Shown one piece after another: positions 27,542 through 37,071 of a stretch of DNA of 64,000 bases. The first letter of the stretch is position 1. Each line of letters opens with the position of its first letter. Position numbers and translations under genes: made by a program. Origin of the DNA: an uncultured virus (IMG/VR IMGVR_UViG_2816332408_000001) (taxonomy: Duplodnaviria > Heunggongvirae > Uroviricota > Caudoviricetes); IMG/VR virus record IMGVR_UViG_2816332408_000001, positions 1 through 64,000 of that record. One strand, 5' to 3'. The notes below the pieces were generated by a model. It was not told the DNA's origin. It did no database searches and saw nothing but the letters and a program-made list of their open reading frames with translations.

Positions 27542-28045
27542 ATGTGGATCCAACTTCGCAAGCACTTCGCCGTTCGGTCACTCGAATGGTTCAACTCCCT
27601 AACCCTGTTCACGTGGGGCGGCTATGTGTCGCTTCACCCCGGGCTGTTCACGGCAGATGATCGGGTAGTCCTTTATCAAGGTCTGCTCCGTATCATGCCT
27701 CAAGAGGCTTGGGGGTTCAGCGCCACAACTGTTGCACTCGTGCAACTGTTTTCTTTGTTCGTTAACGGACGCTGGGGCTTGACACCTTGGCTCCGTGCTG
27801 CTACCTCTATCCTATCCGTCGGGGCCTGGTTCTTTGTGAGCGCAGGCATCTGGATGGCAGGATCGAACACCGGACTTGCTGTGTATCCGATTCTGATGCT
27901 CGCTGGTGCTTACTCCGCGTTCCGAGCGGCATCGGATGCGGCTGAGGCCTCGTTCAACCGAAAGCTGGCCGATGAGCTGGCGAAGCGTGGCCTTGGAGAC
28001 ACGAGTAATGTCACAACCCTTGCCCGTCGCCGCAGCGGAAATTGA
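27542..28045 (+). CDS. Multi-pass membrane protein (holin-like?)
   Basis: About 4 TM helices; AGGAG RBS. Confidence 0.65.
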   Translation: MWIQLRKHFAVRSLEWFNSLTLFTWGGYVSLHPGLFTADDRVVLYQGLLRIMPQEAWGFSATTVALVQLFSLFVNGRWGLTPWLRAATSILSVGAWFFVSAGIWMAGSNTGLAVYPILMLAGAYSAFRAASDAAEASFNRKLADELAKRGLGDTSNVTTLARRRSGN

Positions 28046-28346
28046 TTGGAAGCTGGTCGCGTCGGCGGTTGGAGTGTTCATCGCCACCATCGTAACAACG
28101 GTGTGGGGATGGTTCCAGGGAAAGAAGAAGTCGCGTGAGAACACACCTGAGCCGTCCACCAGCTATCAGATTGCTGGCGCGGTTCTACAGGACAACGCTT
28201 CGCTCCGGGACAACACCCAAGCCGTCCGCGACCTCCGGGACCAGATCATGCTTCTGCGAGACACCATGGAGCGGCGCTGCCGTGCTGAAGACGAACTAGC
28301 GGACACGCTGGAGGATCTTGTTAAACGTCTTGATAAGGCCAGCTAA
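28008..28346 (+). CDS. Membrane-anchored coiled-coil protein
   Basis: One TM helix plus coiled coil. Confidence 0.65.
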   Translation: MSQPLPVAAAEIDWKLVASAVGVFIATIVTTVWGWFQGKKKSRENTPEPSTSYQIAGAVLQDNASLRDNTQAVRDLRDQIMLLRDTMERRCRAEDELADTLEDLVKRLDKAS

Positions 28347-28356
28347 ATAATCAGGC

Positions 28357-28385
28357 TTGCCGATCTCGACATCCTTGCCTATGCT
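28357..28385 (+). promoter_or_regulatory. Promoter upstream of terminase
   Basis: TTGCCG-N17-TATGCT. Confidence 0.55.
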
Positions 28386-28425
28386 TAACGGCAGAGGGTA
28401 GTTCGATTACGGAGCACTGAACCTT

Positions 28426-28860
28426 ATGACCGCCGGTCCCACTCTAGATCCACAGAAGATGGAACCGCCCGCCCTCACCGAGAAGGAGGTTGCGGTCCGG
28501 GATATGTTCGTGACGGAATACGTCAAGGACAACGATCCCTATCGCGCGTGCATCCGGATGGGTTTCCTAGCAGCGTTCGCGCCCGACCAAGCGAAGATCT
28601 TCATGTCGGACGGTTATGTGCTGCGCAAGCTGGCATGGCTTCAAGCGCAGGCAACGAATCCGAGCGAGAGCGACAAGGCGGAGATGCTTGCCAACCTCCG
28701 CTGGCTCTGCTTCAACGGAACTGCCTCGTCTCGGGCAACCGCCTCCAAGCTCTACATGGAGGCGCAGGGTTACATCAAGCGGAACGAGGACGGTGACGAC
28801 GCGCGCCAGGCTCAGCTGGTTGACGCCCTGCGGGAGTTCGCTCAGAACGCTGCGCAATGA
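28426..28860 (+). CDS. Terminase small subunit
   Basis: FVTEYVKD..PYRACIRMGF HTH; precedes large subunit. Confidence 0.8.
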   Translation: MTAGPTLDPQKMEPPALTEKEVAVRDMFVTEYVKDNDPYRACIRMGFLAAFAPDQAKIFMSDGYVLRKLAWLQAQATNPSESDKAEMLANLRWLCFNGTASSRATASKLYMEAQGYIKRNEDGDDARQAQLVDALREFAQNAAQ

Positions 28861-30191
28861 GTCTGCTCCTACTCGAGCGGCAACAGGCGCGATGGTATAA
28901 GCTCATTGATCACCCCGTTCAGCTGTCCCTGCTAGGGGCGGTTGGGCGGGGGATCCGCTTCCCCATTGTGCCCGCAGGCCGACGCTCCGGTAAGACGGAA
29001 CGCGCGAAGCGGTTCCTCGCCAAGCAGGCGATGCTGAACCCGAACGAGAAATACTTCGCAGCGGCGCCGACATACAATCAGGCGAAGAAGATCTGGTGGG
29101 ACGACCTCAAGGCTCTCACCTGTTCCGTCACGCACCTGAAGAAGCCGTCCGAATCGGCACTCATCATCTACTTGCCAAACGGCACCGAGATCCATGTGCT
29201 CGGGCTCGACCAGCCTCAACGAATTGAGGGTATCAACTGGACGGGCGGTGTCATCGACGAGATCGCGGACATCAAGAGCGAGGCCCTTGAGGCCAACATC
29301 ATGCCGGCGCTCAACACCATGAATCCGCTCCGCCCCGACTATCGGGCGTGGTGCTGGTTCATCGGTGTGCCAGACGGTCTGAACCATTACTACGACATGG
29401 CTGAATATGCTGCCAACAGCGGGGACCCCGACTACGGGTTGTTCCACTGGAAGTCAAGCGAGATCCTGCCAGCGGACATCATTGAGTCTGCCAAGCGCAC
29501 CATGTCGCGCCGCCAATACCTTCAAGAGTATGAAGCCAGCTTCGAAACTGCGAGCGGTCGTATCTACGAGGATTACGATGGTCGCATTGGCGGGCGGAAC
29601 AATACTGCCTACACCATCCAGGACACCGACGAACTGTTCTGGATGCACGATCAGAACTACACGCCGCTGAGCAGCGCCATTGCTGTGGTCAAGATGGGCG
29701 TGCCTTACATCGTCGACGAGATCGTTCTTGAGAGCGCGGTCTCCCGTCAGTCTGCGGATGAGTTTGTGGACAAGTTCAAGAACCACAAGAACAAGCTAGT
29801 GAACATCTACGGTGACCCCGCTGGGCGAGCAGGAGAGAAGCATGGCCACAAGTCAGACTACACGGAGATCGAAGCTGTCCTCCGCGAGCATGGATGGAAG
29901 TATCGCCGCCGCGTTCGCCCTTCGCATCCTTCGATACGGGATCGACAGAACGCGGTTCGTGCCAAGATCCTCAGCGCGTCTGGGCACACGACGCTCTTCG
30001 TGAATCCTCAGACTGCTCCGTGGTGCCACAAAGGCCTGGCAACGGTGCAGCTTCAGGAAGGGTCGACCTTCCAAGAGGACCAGAAGAATCAATACCAGCA
30101 TATCACAACCGCGATCGGTTACTTCACGGATGTGCATTGGCCGGTCGGTGAGTCGCTCGCGAAGGCTGGTAAAACGAGCGGCCACTTTTGA
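28857..30191 (+). CDS. Terminase large subunit
   Basis: AGRRSGKT, APTYNQAK, IDEIAD, QEYEASF, YGDPAG. Confidence 0.95.
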   Translation: MSLLLLERQQARWYKLIDHPVQLSLLGAVGRGIRFPIVPAGRRSGKTERAKRFLAKQAMLNPNEKYFAAAPTYNQAKKIWWDDLKALTCSVTHLKKPSESALIIYLPNGTEIHVLGLDQPQRIEGINWTGGVIDEIADIKSEALEANIMPALNTMNPLRPDYRAWCWFIGVPDGLNHYYDMAEYAANSGDPDYGLFHWKSSEILPADIIESAKRTMSRRQYLQEYEASFETASGRIYEDYDGRIGGRNNTAYTIQDTDELFWMHDQNYTPLSSAIAVVKMGVPYIVDEIVLESAVSRQSADEFVDKFKNHKNKLVNIYGDPAGRAGEKHGHKSDYTEIEAVLREHGWKYRRRVRPSHPSIRDRQNAVRAKILSASGHTTLFVNPQTAPWCHKGLATVQLQEGSTFQEDQKNQYQHITTAIGYFTDVHWPVGESLAKAGKTSGHF

Positions 30192-30251
30192 CGCTTGCGC
30201 CCTGCCCGGCGCAGTGTTACCTATGCCGGGACATACGCCAAGGGGATTACT

Positions 30252-31904
30252 ATGGCACTTGATTCAGTTCACCCGCAATACACCGAGCACGCCGAGGACT
30301 GGGAACAGCTCCGCGACTCTGCGAAGGGTGAGCGGCAGGTCAAGTCGAAGGGNCAGAAATACCTTCCACCGACAAGCGGAATGCTGCTCGACGGGCTCAA
30401 CGGGTTCACGGGGGTGCAGAATAACCCCGCTGCGAACAACGGTGCAGGCACCGCAGGCCTCGGCTACGGGGTGTTCGGCAAGTATCGCAACATGGGCGAA
30501 GCGGCCTACGAGGCCTATAAGCTGCGGGCCGTGTTCCCCGAGTATGTCAAGGACGCCCTGGAATACTTCATGGGCGCGCTGCACAACAAATCCCCGGTCA
30601 TTGAGCTGCCGGAAGAGATGGAACCCCTTCGGTCGAACGCCACACCCCTTGGCGAGCCGCTGGAGATCCTGTTGCAGCGGATCAACCTTGAGCAGCTGAC
30701 CACAGGCCGCGTCGGCATCCTTCTGGATCTTCCGGAGAAGCCTGATCCGCTGAACCCGCTTCCGTTCATTGCGCTTTACGTTGCGGAGGCGATCCGCAAT
30801 TGGGACGATACGACGGAAGAGGATACGCGAGACGCCCTCAACCTTGTCGTGCTCGACGAGTCGGGGATGAAGCGGCAGAACGGGTTCGACTGGAAGACCG
30901 AGCAGCGGTTCCGCGTCCTTCAGCTGGGCAGCCTGGACGAGAACGAAGCGAACGGCGCTGCGGATTACAAGACGGGTCTGTTCAGCAGCGCGTCGGGCGT
31001 GCCAGACTACGCGGAAGCGGAGATGACGGTTCCCTCGCTCCGGGGCAACACCCTGTCAGCGATCCCCTTCAAGTTCATCAACACGAAGGACATCTCCCCC
31101 GAGCCCGACGAACCCCCGCTGATGAGCCTGTGCCGGTCGTGCTTTACGATCTACCGTGGCGAAGCGGACTACCGTCAGAACCTGTTCATGCAGGGGCAAG
31201 ACACCCTCGTCGTTATCGGCGCACGGCAGACGAACACCTTGCCAGGCGAGACGACGGTGGAGGAACCGCTGCGCACGGGTGCGGGTGCCCGCATCGACCT
31301 GGAGCTACAGGGTGACGCGAAGTATGTCGGCGTCAACAGTCAGGGCCTGCCTGAGCAGCGCACCGCACTGGAGAACGACCGCAAGCGGTGCGAAGCCCGC
31401 AGTGGACAGCTGATCGACGCGAGTCAGGGCGACAAGGAGTCGGGTGCAGCACTCAAGACCCGTGTCGGTGCGCAGACAGCCACCCTCAACCAGATCGCCA
31501 AAACCGCTGCGCTCGCGCTGGAGCTGCTCCTGAAGGACTGCGCCCGCTGGATGAAGGCGGACCCGGACAAGGTGAAGGTGACACCGAACCTCGAGTTCGC
31601 GGACTACCAGATGGCCGGTCAGGATCTGGGCAACCTGATGACCGCCAAGCGCAACGGTGCGCCGCTGTCCATGAAGTCCATCCACCGGCTGGCCGTGCAG
31701 GGCAACCTCACGAATATGGACTACGAGACGGAGAAGGCGGAGATCGAGGCGGAACCCCCGCTGGCGGTCGATCCCAACATCCAGGCGAAGCTCGACAGCG
31801 ACAAAGCCATCGCAGCCGCCAACCCCCGTGGCGCTGGTCCCGGGGGCGCACCGCTTCCGAAGGACCCGTCCAACCCCGCGCCGCAGACCGGCCCGGAGAA
31901 CTAA
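30252..31904 (+). CDS. Portal protein (DUF4055-like)
   Basis: HPQY...W..LRD...KYLP, Y..YKLRA.F; position after terminase. Confidence 0.9.
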   Translation: MALDSVHPQYTEHAEDWEQLRDSAKGERQVKSKXQKYLPPTSGMLLDGLNGFTGVQNNPAANNGAGTAGLGYGVFGKYRNMGEAAYEAYKLRAVFPEYVKDALEYFMGALHNKSPVIELPEEMEPLRSNATPLGEPLEILLQRINLEQLTTGRVGILLDLPEKPDPLNPLPFIALYVAEAIRNWDDTTEEDTRDALNLVVLDESGMKRQNGFDWKTEQRFRVLQLGSLDENEANGAADYKTGLFSSASGVPDYAEAEMTVPSLRGNTLSAIPFKFINTKDISPEPDEPPLMSLCRSCFTIYRGEADYRQNLFMQGQDTLVVIGARQTNTLPGETTVEEPLRTGAGARIDLELQGDAKYVGVNSQGLPEQRTALENDRKRCEARSGQLIDASQGDKESGAALKTRVGAQTATLNQIAKTAALALELLLKDCARWMKADPDKVKVTPNLEFADYQMAGQDLGNLMTAKRNGAPLSMKSIHRLAVQGNLTNMDYETEKAEIEAEPPLAVDPNIQAKLDSDKAIAAANPRGAGPGGAPLPKDPSNPAPQTGPEN

Positions 31905-31941
31905 TCACCAACGCCCACGGGCACAATAGAAGGAAAGAGAA

Positions 31942-32766
31942 ATGGCGTTCAAGATGATGCTCGAGTCGCTCGAGGGCCTGGCCCCGGAAGTGGCGCAGGA
32001 ATACACCGAGAAGGATGGGAAGTTCCACATCCAGGTCGAGGGCATGAAAACGCAGGCGGACATCGACCGCGTGACGACCAGCCTTACCGCAGCGCGCACC
32101 GAAGCGGCTGGCTTCAAGGCCAAGTTGGCGCTGCTCGGCGACCGCAAGGTGGAAGATATCATTCCGATGCTGGACCGCATCCCCGTTCTCGAAGCTGCCG
32201 CTGCCGGCAAGCTGGACGAGGACAAGCTGAAGGAGATGGCTGAGCTTCGTGCCCGTGCCATNGTTGCACCGATCGAGCGCGAGCGCGACGGCTTCAAACA
32301 GCAGGTCGGCGTCCTCACGGGCGAGATCGAAACCTTCAAGACGCGGGAATCGACGCGCACCATCCACGACCAGATCCAGCAGGCGGCCAAGAAGGCGGGC
32401 GTCATCGACGAGGCCATGGAAGACGCAATCAACGCCGGTGAGCGTTTGTTCGTCCTCGAGGAAGGCACCGGCAAGGCTGTGGTCAAGGAGGGCGTATCCG
32501 TCACCCAAGGCCTTGAGCCGAAGGACTGGCTGTCCGATCTGCAGACCAAGAAGCCGCATTGGTTCGGTCAGAGCGGCGGCGGNGGCGCCAACGGCAACCG
32601 TGGCGGTGGCGGGGGTGCGGAAGTGAACCCGTTCAGCCACGACGGCTGGAACATCACGAAGCAGGGTCAGATGATGCAGACCGACATCGCGCGTGCCGAT
32701 CGTCTTGCCAAGGCAGCCGGTCACAAGGATGCCGAGAGCGCGATGACAAAGCCGGCCAAAAAATAA
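31942..32766 (+). CDS. Head scaffolding protein
   Basis: Coiled coil, KPHWF, NPF..WNITKQG; precedes capsid gene. Confidence 0.8.
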   Translation: MAFKMMLESLEGLAPEVAQEYTEKDGKFHIQVEGMKTQADIDRVTTSLTAARTEAAGFKAKLALLGDRKVEDIIPMLDRIPVLEAAAAGKLDEDKLKEMAELRARAXVAPIERERDGFKQQVGVLTGEIETFKTRESTRTIHDQIQQAAKKAGVIDEAMEDAINAGERLFVLEEGTGKAVVKEGVSVTQGLEPKDWLSDLQTKKPHWFGQSGGXGANGNRGGGGGAEVNPFSHDGWNITKQGQMMQTDIARADRLAKAAGHKDAESAMTKPAKK

Positions 32767-32884
32767 TCCTTGACTCGGGTAGCTGGTGCATGTTACTGAT
32801 GCACTCCAGCGGGGCAATGTGCCAGCTATCCGATCCGGGCCCATGGGGCGGGGTCAACCTTCCAATCCAACAGGAGTTTGCCCC

Positions 32885-33922
32885 ATGGCAGCCGGAGTCA
32901 CTCGCGTGTCGGACGTCGTCGTTCCGACCAAGTTTTCCCCCTACGTCCAGCAGCTGACGCAGCAGAAGTCGAAGCTGATTCGCTCCGGTGCCCTTGCAGC
33001 GGACCCCGTGCTCAGCGCCAACCTTGCCGGTGGCGGTCTGACCTTCAACGAGCCGTCCTTCAAGGACCTCGATGACGACGCCGAGAACGTCTCCACGGAC
33101 GATCCGGCTCAGCTGTCGACGCCGAACAAGATCGGCACCGCGACCGAGATCCAGGTCCGCCTGTCGCGCAACAACTCGTGGGCCAGCATGGACCTCACCG
33201 CCGATCTGGTGGGTGAAGATCCGATGGACGCCATCTCCAACCGCGTTGCGGACTATTGGGTGCGTCGCCAGCAGCTCGCGTTCGTCGCAACGATCAACGG
33301 TGTCTTCGCGGACAACGCTGCGGCTCCCAGCGGAACCGACACGCATACGCAGAACGATATGACGCACGACATCTCGGGCGGCGCGTTCTCGGACGGCGTG
33401 ACGAACTTCTCCGCCGAGGGCTTCATCGACGCGACGACCACGATGGGTGACAGCATGGAGGAGCTGACGCTCGTCATGATGCACTCGGTCGTTTACAGCC
33501 GCGCGCTGAAGAACAACCTGATCGACTTCATCCCCGATGCGATCAACCCGGCGGCCGCGTCCATCGCGACCTTCCTGGGCCGCACGGTGGTCGTCGACGA
33601 CGGTATGCCCAACGCGGGTGGCGTGTTCGACACCTGGCTGTTCGGTCGCAGCGCCGTTCGCTGGGGCGCCGGTTCGCCCAAGGTCCCGACCGAGGTCGAG
33701 CGCAAGCCTGATGCCGGTAACGGCGGCGGTGAGGAGATCCTCTACAACCGTGTCGAATGGGTTATTGCCCCGGCCGGCTACGCCTACATCGGCACCCCGC
33801 CCAAGGGCGGTCCCTCCAACGCCAACACGACGAACAACCTCGCCAACGCGGGTAGCTGGTCGCGCGTGTTCTCCGAGCGGAAGCAGATCCGGATCGCGCG
33901 TCTCGTTACGCGGGAATTCTAA
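32885..33922 (+). CDS. Major capsid protein
   Basis: TRVSDVVVP..F.PY, DPMDAI..RVADYW, GRTVVVDD, W.RV..RKQI. Confidence 0.92.
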   Translation: MAAGVTRVSDVVVPTKFSPYVQQLTQQKSKLIRSGALAADPVLSANLAGGGLTFNEPSFKDLDDDAENVSTDDPAQLSTPNKIGTATEIQVRLSRNNSWASMDLTADLVGEDPMDAISNRVADYWVRRQQLAFVATINGVFADNAAAPSGTDTHTQNDMTHDISGGAFSDGVTNFSAEGFIDATTTMGDSMEELTLVMMHSVVYSRALKNNLIDFIPDAINPAAASIATFLGRTVVVDDGMPNAGGVFDTWLFGRSAVRWGAGSPKVPTEVERKPDAGNGGGEEILYNRVEWVIAPAGYAYIGTPPKGGPSNANTTNNLANAGSWSRVFSERKQIRIARLVTREF

Positions 33923-33928
33923 TCTGCG

Positions 33929-33962
33929 GCAGGGGATGCGGACCCACACTGCATCCCCTGTT
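33929..33962 (+). terminator. Hairpin after capsid gene
   Basis: GCAGGGGATGCGG...CTGCATCCCCTGTT. Confidence 0.55.
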
Positions 33963-33993
33963 CCACTCGGCCCTCTGAAGGAGTGACCACACC

Positions 33994-34503
33994 ATGAAGG
34001 GACTTCCTCGTTCTCTCGCCCGTTCCACCTCCGGTGGCGGTTCCGAGAAGACCATCACGGTCAAGGCACTGCCCATCCGCACCACTGGCGCCACCGGCGT
34101 CGGGTTCGGCACGGCGGTCATCCGCGACCTCCCCGAAGGCAACATCCTGTTCCAGGGTGCTGTCGCCTATCTCCAGTTCACCAAGCTGGATGCAGGCACC
34201 CTCGCCACCTTCGACGGTGACTTCAGCATCGGCACCGCGCCGACTGCAGATGCCACCCTGTCCGGCGGCGAAGTCGATATCATTCCCAGCACCGCCATTG
34301 GCGCGGCGACTGCGGGCGTCTCGCCCATGGTCCGTGCAACCTCCGCGGTTGCAGTCGTGGGAACGATCTACGACAACACCGATGGCTCGCTCGAGCTGAA
34401 CCTCAACCTGCTCCTGGATGATGCCAGCGTGAGCGCGGACGACCAGGACTTCACCGTCTCGGGCGTTATCTCGCTTGCCTACATCGTCCTCGGCGACGAC
34501 TAA
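33994..34503 (+). CDS. Virion structural/decoration protein
   Basis: Beta-rich, follows capsid gene, AAGGAG RBS. Confidence 0.65.
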   Translation: MKGLPRSLARSTSGGGSEKTITVKALPIRTTGATGVGFGTAVIRDLPEGNILFQGAVAYLQFTKLDAGTLATFDGDFSIGTAPTADATLSGGEVDIIPSTAIGAATAGVSPMVRATSAVAVVGTIYDNTDGSLELNLNLLLDDASVSADDQDFTVSGVISLAYIVLGDD

Positions 34504-34513
34504 GGAGGGCACC

Positions 34514-35527
34514 ATGTCCGACAAGATCAAGGAAGCCCTCCAGAAGCTCGACCCGACCAATGAGAACCATTGGACCGCGGACGGTTCGGCGCGTCTGGAG
34601 ACGGTGAAGTTCAACAACGGTGGCGAAGCGATCTCCCGCGAAGAGATCGATAAGGTCGCTCCGGGCTTCACCAAGGACACCGCCAAGGACTATCAGTTCC
34701 AGGCGGCGAACGAGGAAGGTCACCAGCCCGCAGTCAATCCCGCCAACAGCGGCACAGACGTCACGGATACCAAGATCCCTGGCGACCCCGCTGCGGTCGG
34801 AAGCGACAAGGGCAACCCGACCGGCGTCGACGCAGAGGGTGCGCCCTCCGCTCAGCTGGATCCGGTGGGTGGCAAGGTGCAGGCTGGCACCGACGAGCAG
34901 GGTCTTCGGACCGGTATCGATGCTGAGGGGAAGCCCTCCGCAGTGACCGCGCCCGAACCGGCTCTGAAGGACCCGTCGCTCTACAACCCGGAACGGGTTG
35001 AGCCGGTTGCAGCGCCGGGCACCAGCGGGCTCGTTGCAGCCGGGGGCCTTACTGAGTCCCCCCGCGACGACGGGGCTGGTGCGGCGGCACAGGCCTCCCA
35101 GCCCGGCGAAGACGGTGCTGAAGGGGCTGCCGCTCGCCAAGCCCAACTCGCCGAAGTGGATCAGCGAATCGCTGATACCGATGAGGTCGAGGATCTGGAA
35201 GAGGAACTGGAAGCGGTCGAAGAGGCCCTGTCCAGTCTCCGCGGGGAAGTGGACGATCTGACGAAGAACATCGATGAGGGCAATCGGCACGCGGACAAGC
35301 TCCGCGGTCGCATCAGCCAGCTGAAGGGTTCGGACCAGACGAACACCATCCAGGCCTACCTTGCTTCGCGCAAGGAACAGCTCGAACTCCGCGGTGAGAA
35401 CCGTGCGACGCTGAAGGCATCCGGCCTGACCCTGAAGTCCATCGCGCAAGCGGTGTCCGCGGCTCCGATCGACCAGGCCATGGCCCGGAAGAACACCCGT
35501 GGCGCCAAGCGCCCGACGCGAGTCTAA
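34514..35527 (+). CDS. Head-region hypothetical protein
   Basis: LDP.N..HWT.DG N-terminus, low-complexity linker, coiled coil. Confidence 0.75.
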   Translation: MSDKIKEALQKLDPTNENHWTADGSARLETVKFNNGGEAISREEIDKVAPGFTKDTAKDYQFQAANEEGHQPAVNPANSGTDVTDTKIPGDPAAVGSDKGNPTGVDAEGAPSAQLDPVGGKVQAGTDEQGLRTGIDAEGKPSAVTAPEPALKDPSLYNPERVEPVAAPGTSGLVAAGGLTESPRDDGAGAAAQASQPGEDGAEGAAARQAQLAEVDQRIADTDEVEDLEEELEAVEEALSSLRGEVDDLTKNIDEGNRHADKLRGRISQLKGSDQTNTIQAYLASRKEQLELRGENRATLKASGLTLKSIAQAVSAAPIDQAMARKNTRGAKRPTRV

Positions 35528-35530
35528 GTC

Positions 35531-35662
35531 ATGGCGCAGTCTGCTACCAATGGTCCACGCCTGAATCAAAAGCAGCAGACTGCGCTATACTATGCGCGGA
35601 AGAAGAACAGGGAGCGTCGTATCAAGGCGCAACAGGAAGCGCAGCCGCCTGAAGAGGAATAA
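35531..35662 (+). CDS. 43-aa hypothetical protein, absent from ORF track
   Basis: Fills gap between structural genes. Confidence 0.45.
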   Translation: MAQSATNGPRLNQKQQTALYYARKKNRERRIKAQQEAQPPEEE

Positions 35663-35665
35663 GTA

Positions 35666-36196
35666 ATGGCGTTCACGGTTGAAGATGGAACTGGTCTCCC
35701 GGACGCCAACAGCTACGCCGCTGTCGAGTATGCGGATGAATACTTCGCCGAGCGCGGGGTGACAGCATGGACCGGCGAGGATGAAGCCAAGCAAGGCTGG
35801 CTGATCCAGGCAACGGATTATATCGAACAAGTGTTTGGCGCCCGCTTCATCGGTGAGCGGATGACTGCCGAGCAAGCTCTGTCCTGGCCCCGTCGCTACG
35901 CGGTAACGCGGGACGGAACGACCATCGCGGACGACATCGTTCCCCTGTCCCTTGTGCGCGCGTGCTGCCAGTATGCGCTCCGCGCCATTAGCGGACCCCT
36001 CATGCCCGACCCGCTCGTGAGCGCGGAGGGATACAATGTGGTCACAACCCGTAAGAAGGTCGGCCCCATTGAAAAGGAGTTCCGCGTCATGGGGTCCAGC
36101 GGCTCCCCGATCCTGATCCGCAGCTACCCGGCAGCTGACACGCTGATGACCAGCCTGTTGGCCTACGCTGGTGGCGGCACGCGGGTGATTCGGTGA
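35666..36196 (+). CDS. Head-tail adaptor (DnaT-like family)
   Basis: VEDGTGL.DANSY, QALSWPR, KKVGPIE. Confidence 0.85.
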   Translation: MAFTVEDGTGLPDANSYAAVEYADEYFAERGVTAWTGEDEAKQGWLIQATDYIEQVFGARFIGERMTAEQALSWPRRYAVTRDGTTIADDIVPLSLVRACCQYALRAISGPLMPDPLVSAEGYNVVTTRKKVGPIEKEFRVMGSSGSPILIRSYPAADTLMTSLLAYAGGGTRVIR

Positions 36197-36600
36197 TGGC
36201 GGGGGTCTTCGACGACGATATCGCAACAGCCCAGGAGCTGATTGCAGAGTTCGGTCAGGATTGCTTCTGGCAGAAGCCTGCACCTGTGACAGACGATAGC
36301 GTGCCCGGTTATCCGGTCGTAGGGGACTTGCCCCCGCTGATCGCGGTCAAGATTGCCTTCTTCAGCGGACGCGACCTGAACCGTGGCACCTATGAGTTCC
36401 TCTCCCTCATGCCGGGAATGGAAGTGCCCGACAATGGGGAAGTCGGACTCCTCGCGGGTGGACTGTCGTTCGAGCCCGAGCTCACCGACACGTTCATCCG
36501 CGGGAATGATCTATCTGCCCCGCATGTGTCCGTCGACAGGCTTGACCGCCTTGCACCGAACGGCACCCCTGTCCTCTATTACATCACGTTGGCCGCATGA
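36196..36600 (+). CDS. Head closure/stopper protein
   Basis: A.ELIAEFG...PNGTPVLY; synteny. Confidence 0.7.
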   Translation: MAGVFDDDIATAQELIAEFGQDCFWQKPAPVTDDSVPGYPVVGDLPPLIAVKIAFFSGRDLNRGTYEFLSLMPGMEVPDNGEVGLLAGGLSFEPELTDTFIRGNDLSAPHVSVDRLDRLAPNGTPVLYYITLAA

Positions 36601-37067
36601 CGTATCTTACTCCCCAGCAAGCGCGCAAAGAGATGTTCGCTCTCGTTGCGACGACTTGGGCAGCTAAGGCGGGTGCGATCGTGTCCCCCATCCCCGAAGT
36701 GCGTTATCAAGGTGTCGAAGAGGCCAAGGTGCCAGGAGCTGACAAGTTCTGGATGCGCGCAGGCACGACGACTGTGACCACACGCCAGTCGGGTCATGCT
36801 CTCCCCGAAGGCCCTGATGGGTCACCCGTCGTTTTCACGAACTACGGGTTCATTACTCTGCAGATCTTCGCTCCGATGAAGGGCAAGGATGTGTGGGCAA
36901 AAGGGGAGTTGCTGGCTGAGCTTGGACAGTGTATGTTCATGGCCTCAGAAACGGGTGGGTCGGTTTGGTTCCGCAATCCTCGCATCCGGGAAATAAACAA
37001 CGACGGGACATGGTTCAGGTGGAACGTGATTGCGGACTACCAATTCGATCAGGTGAAAGGAAGCTAA
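36597..37067 (+). CDS. Tail terminator-like protein
   Basis: QIFAP, VWFRN; precedes tail tube gene. Confidence 0.7.
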   Translation: MTYLTPQQARKEMFALVATTWAAKAGAIVSPIPEVRYQGVEEAKVPGADKFWMRAGTTTVTTRQSGHALPEGPDGSPVVFTNYGFITLQIFAPMKGKDVWAKGELLAELGQCMFMASETGGSVWFRNPRIREINNDGTWFRWNVIADYQFDQVKGS

Positions 37068-37071
37068 ACCC

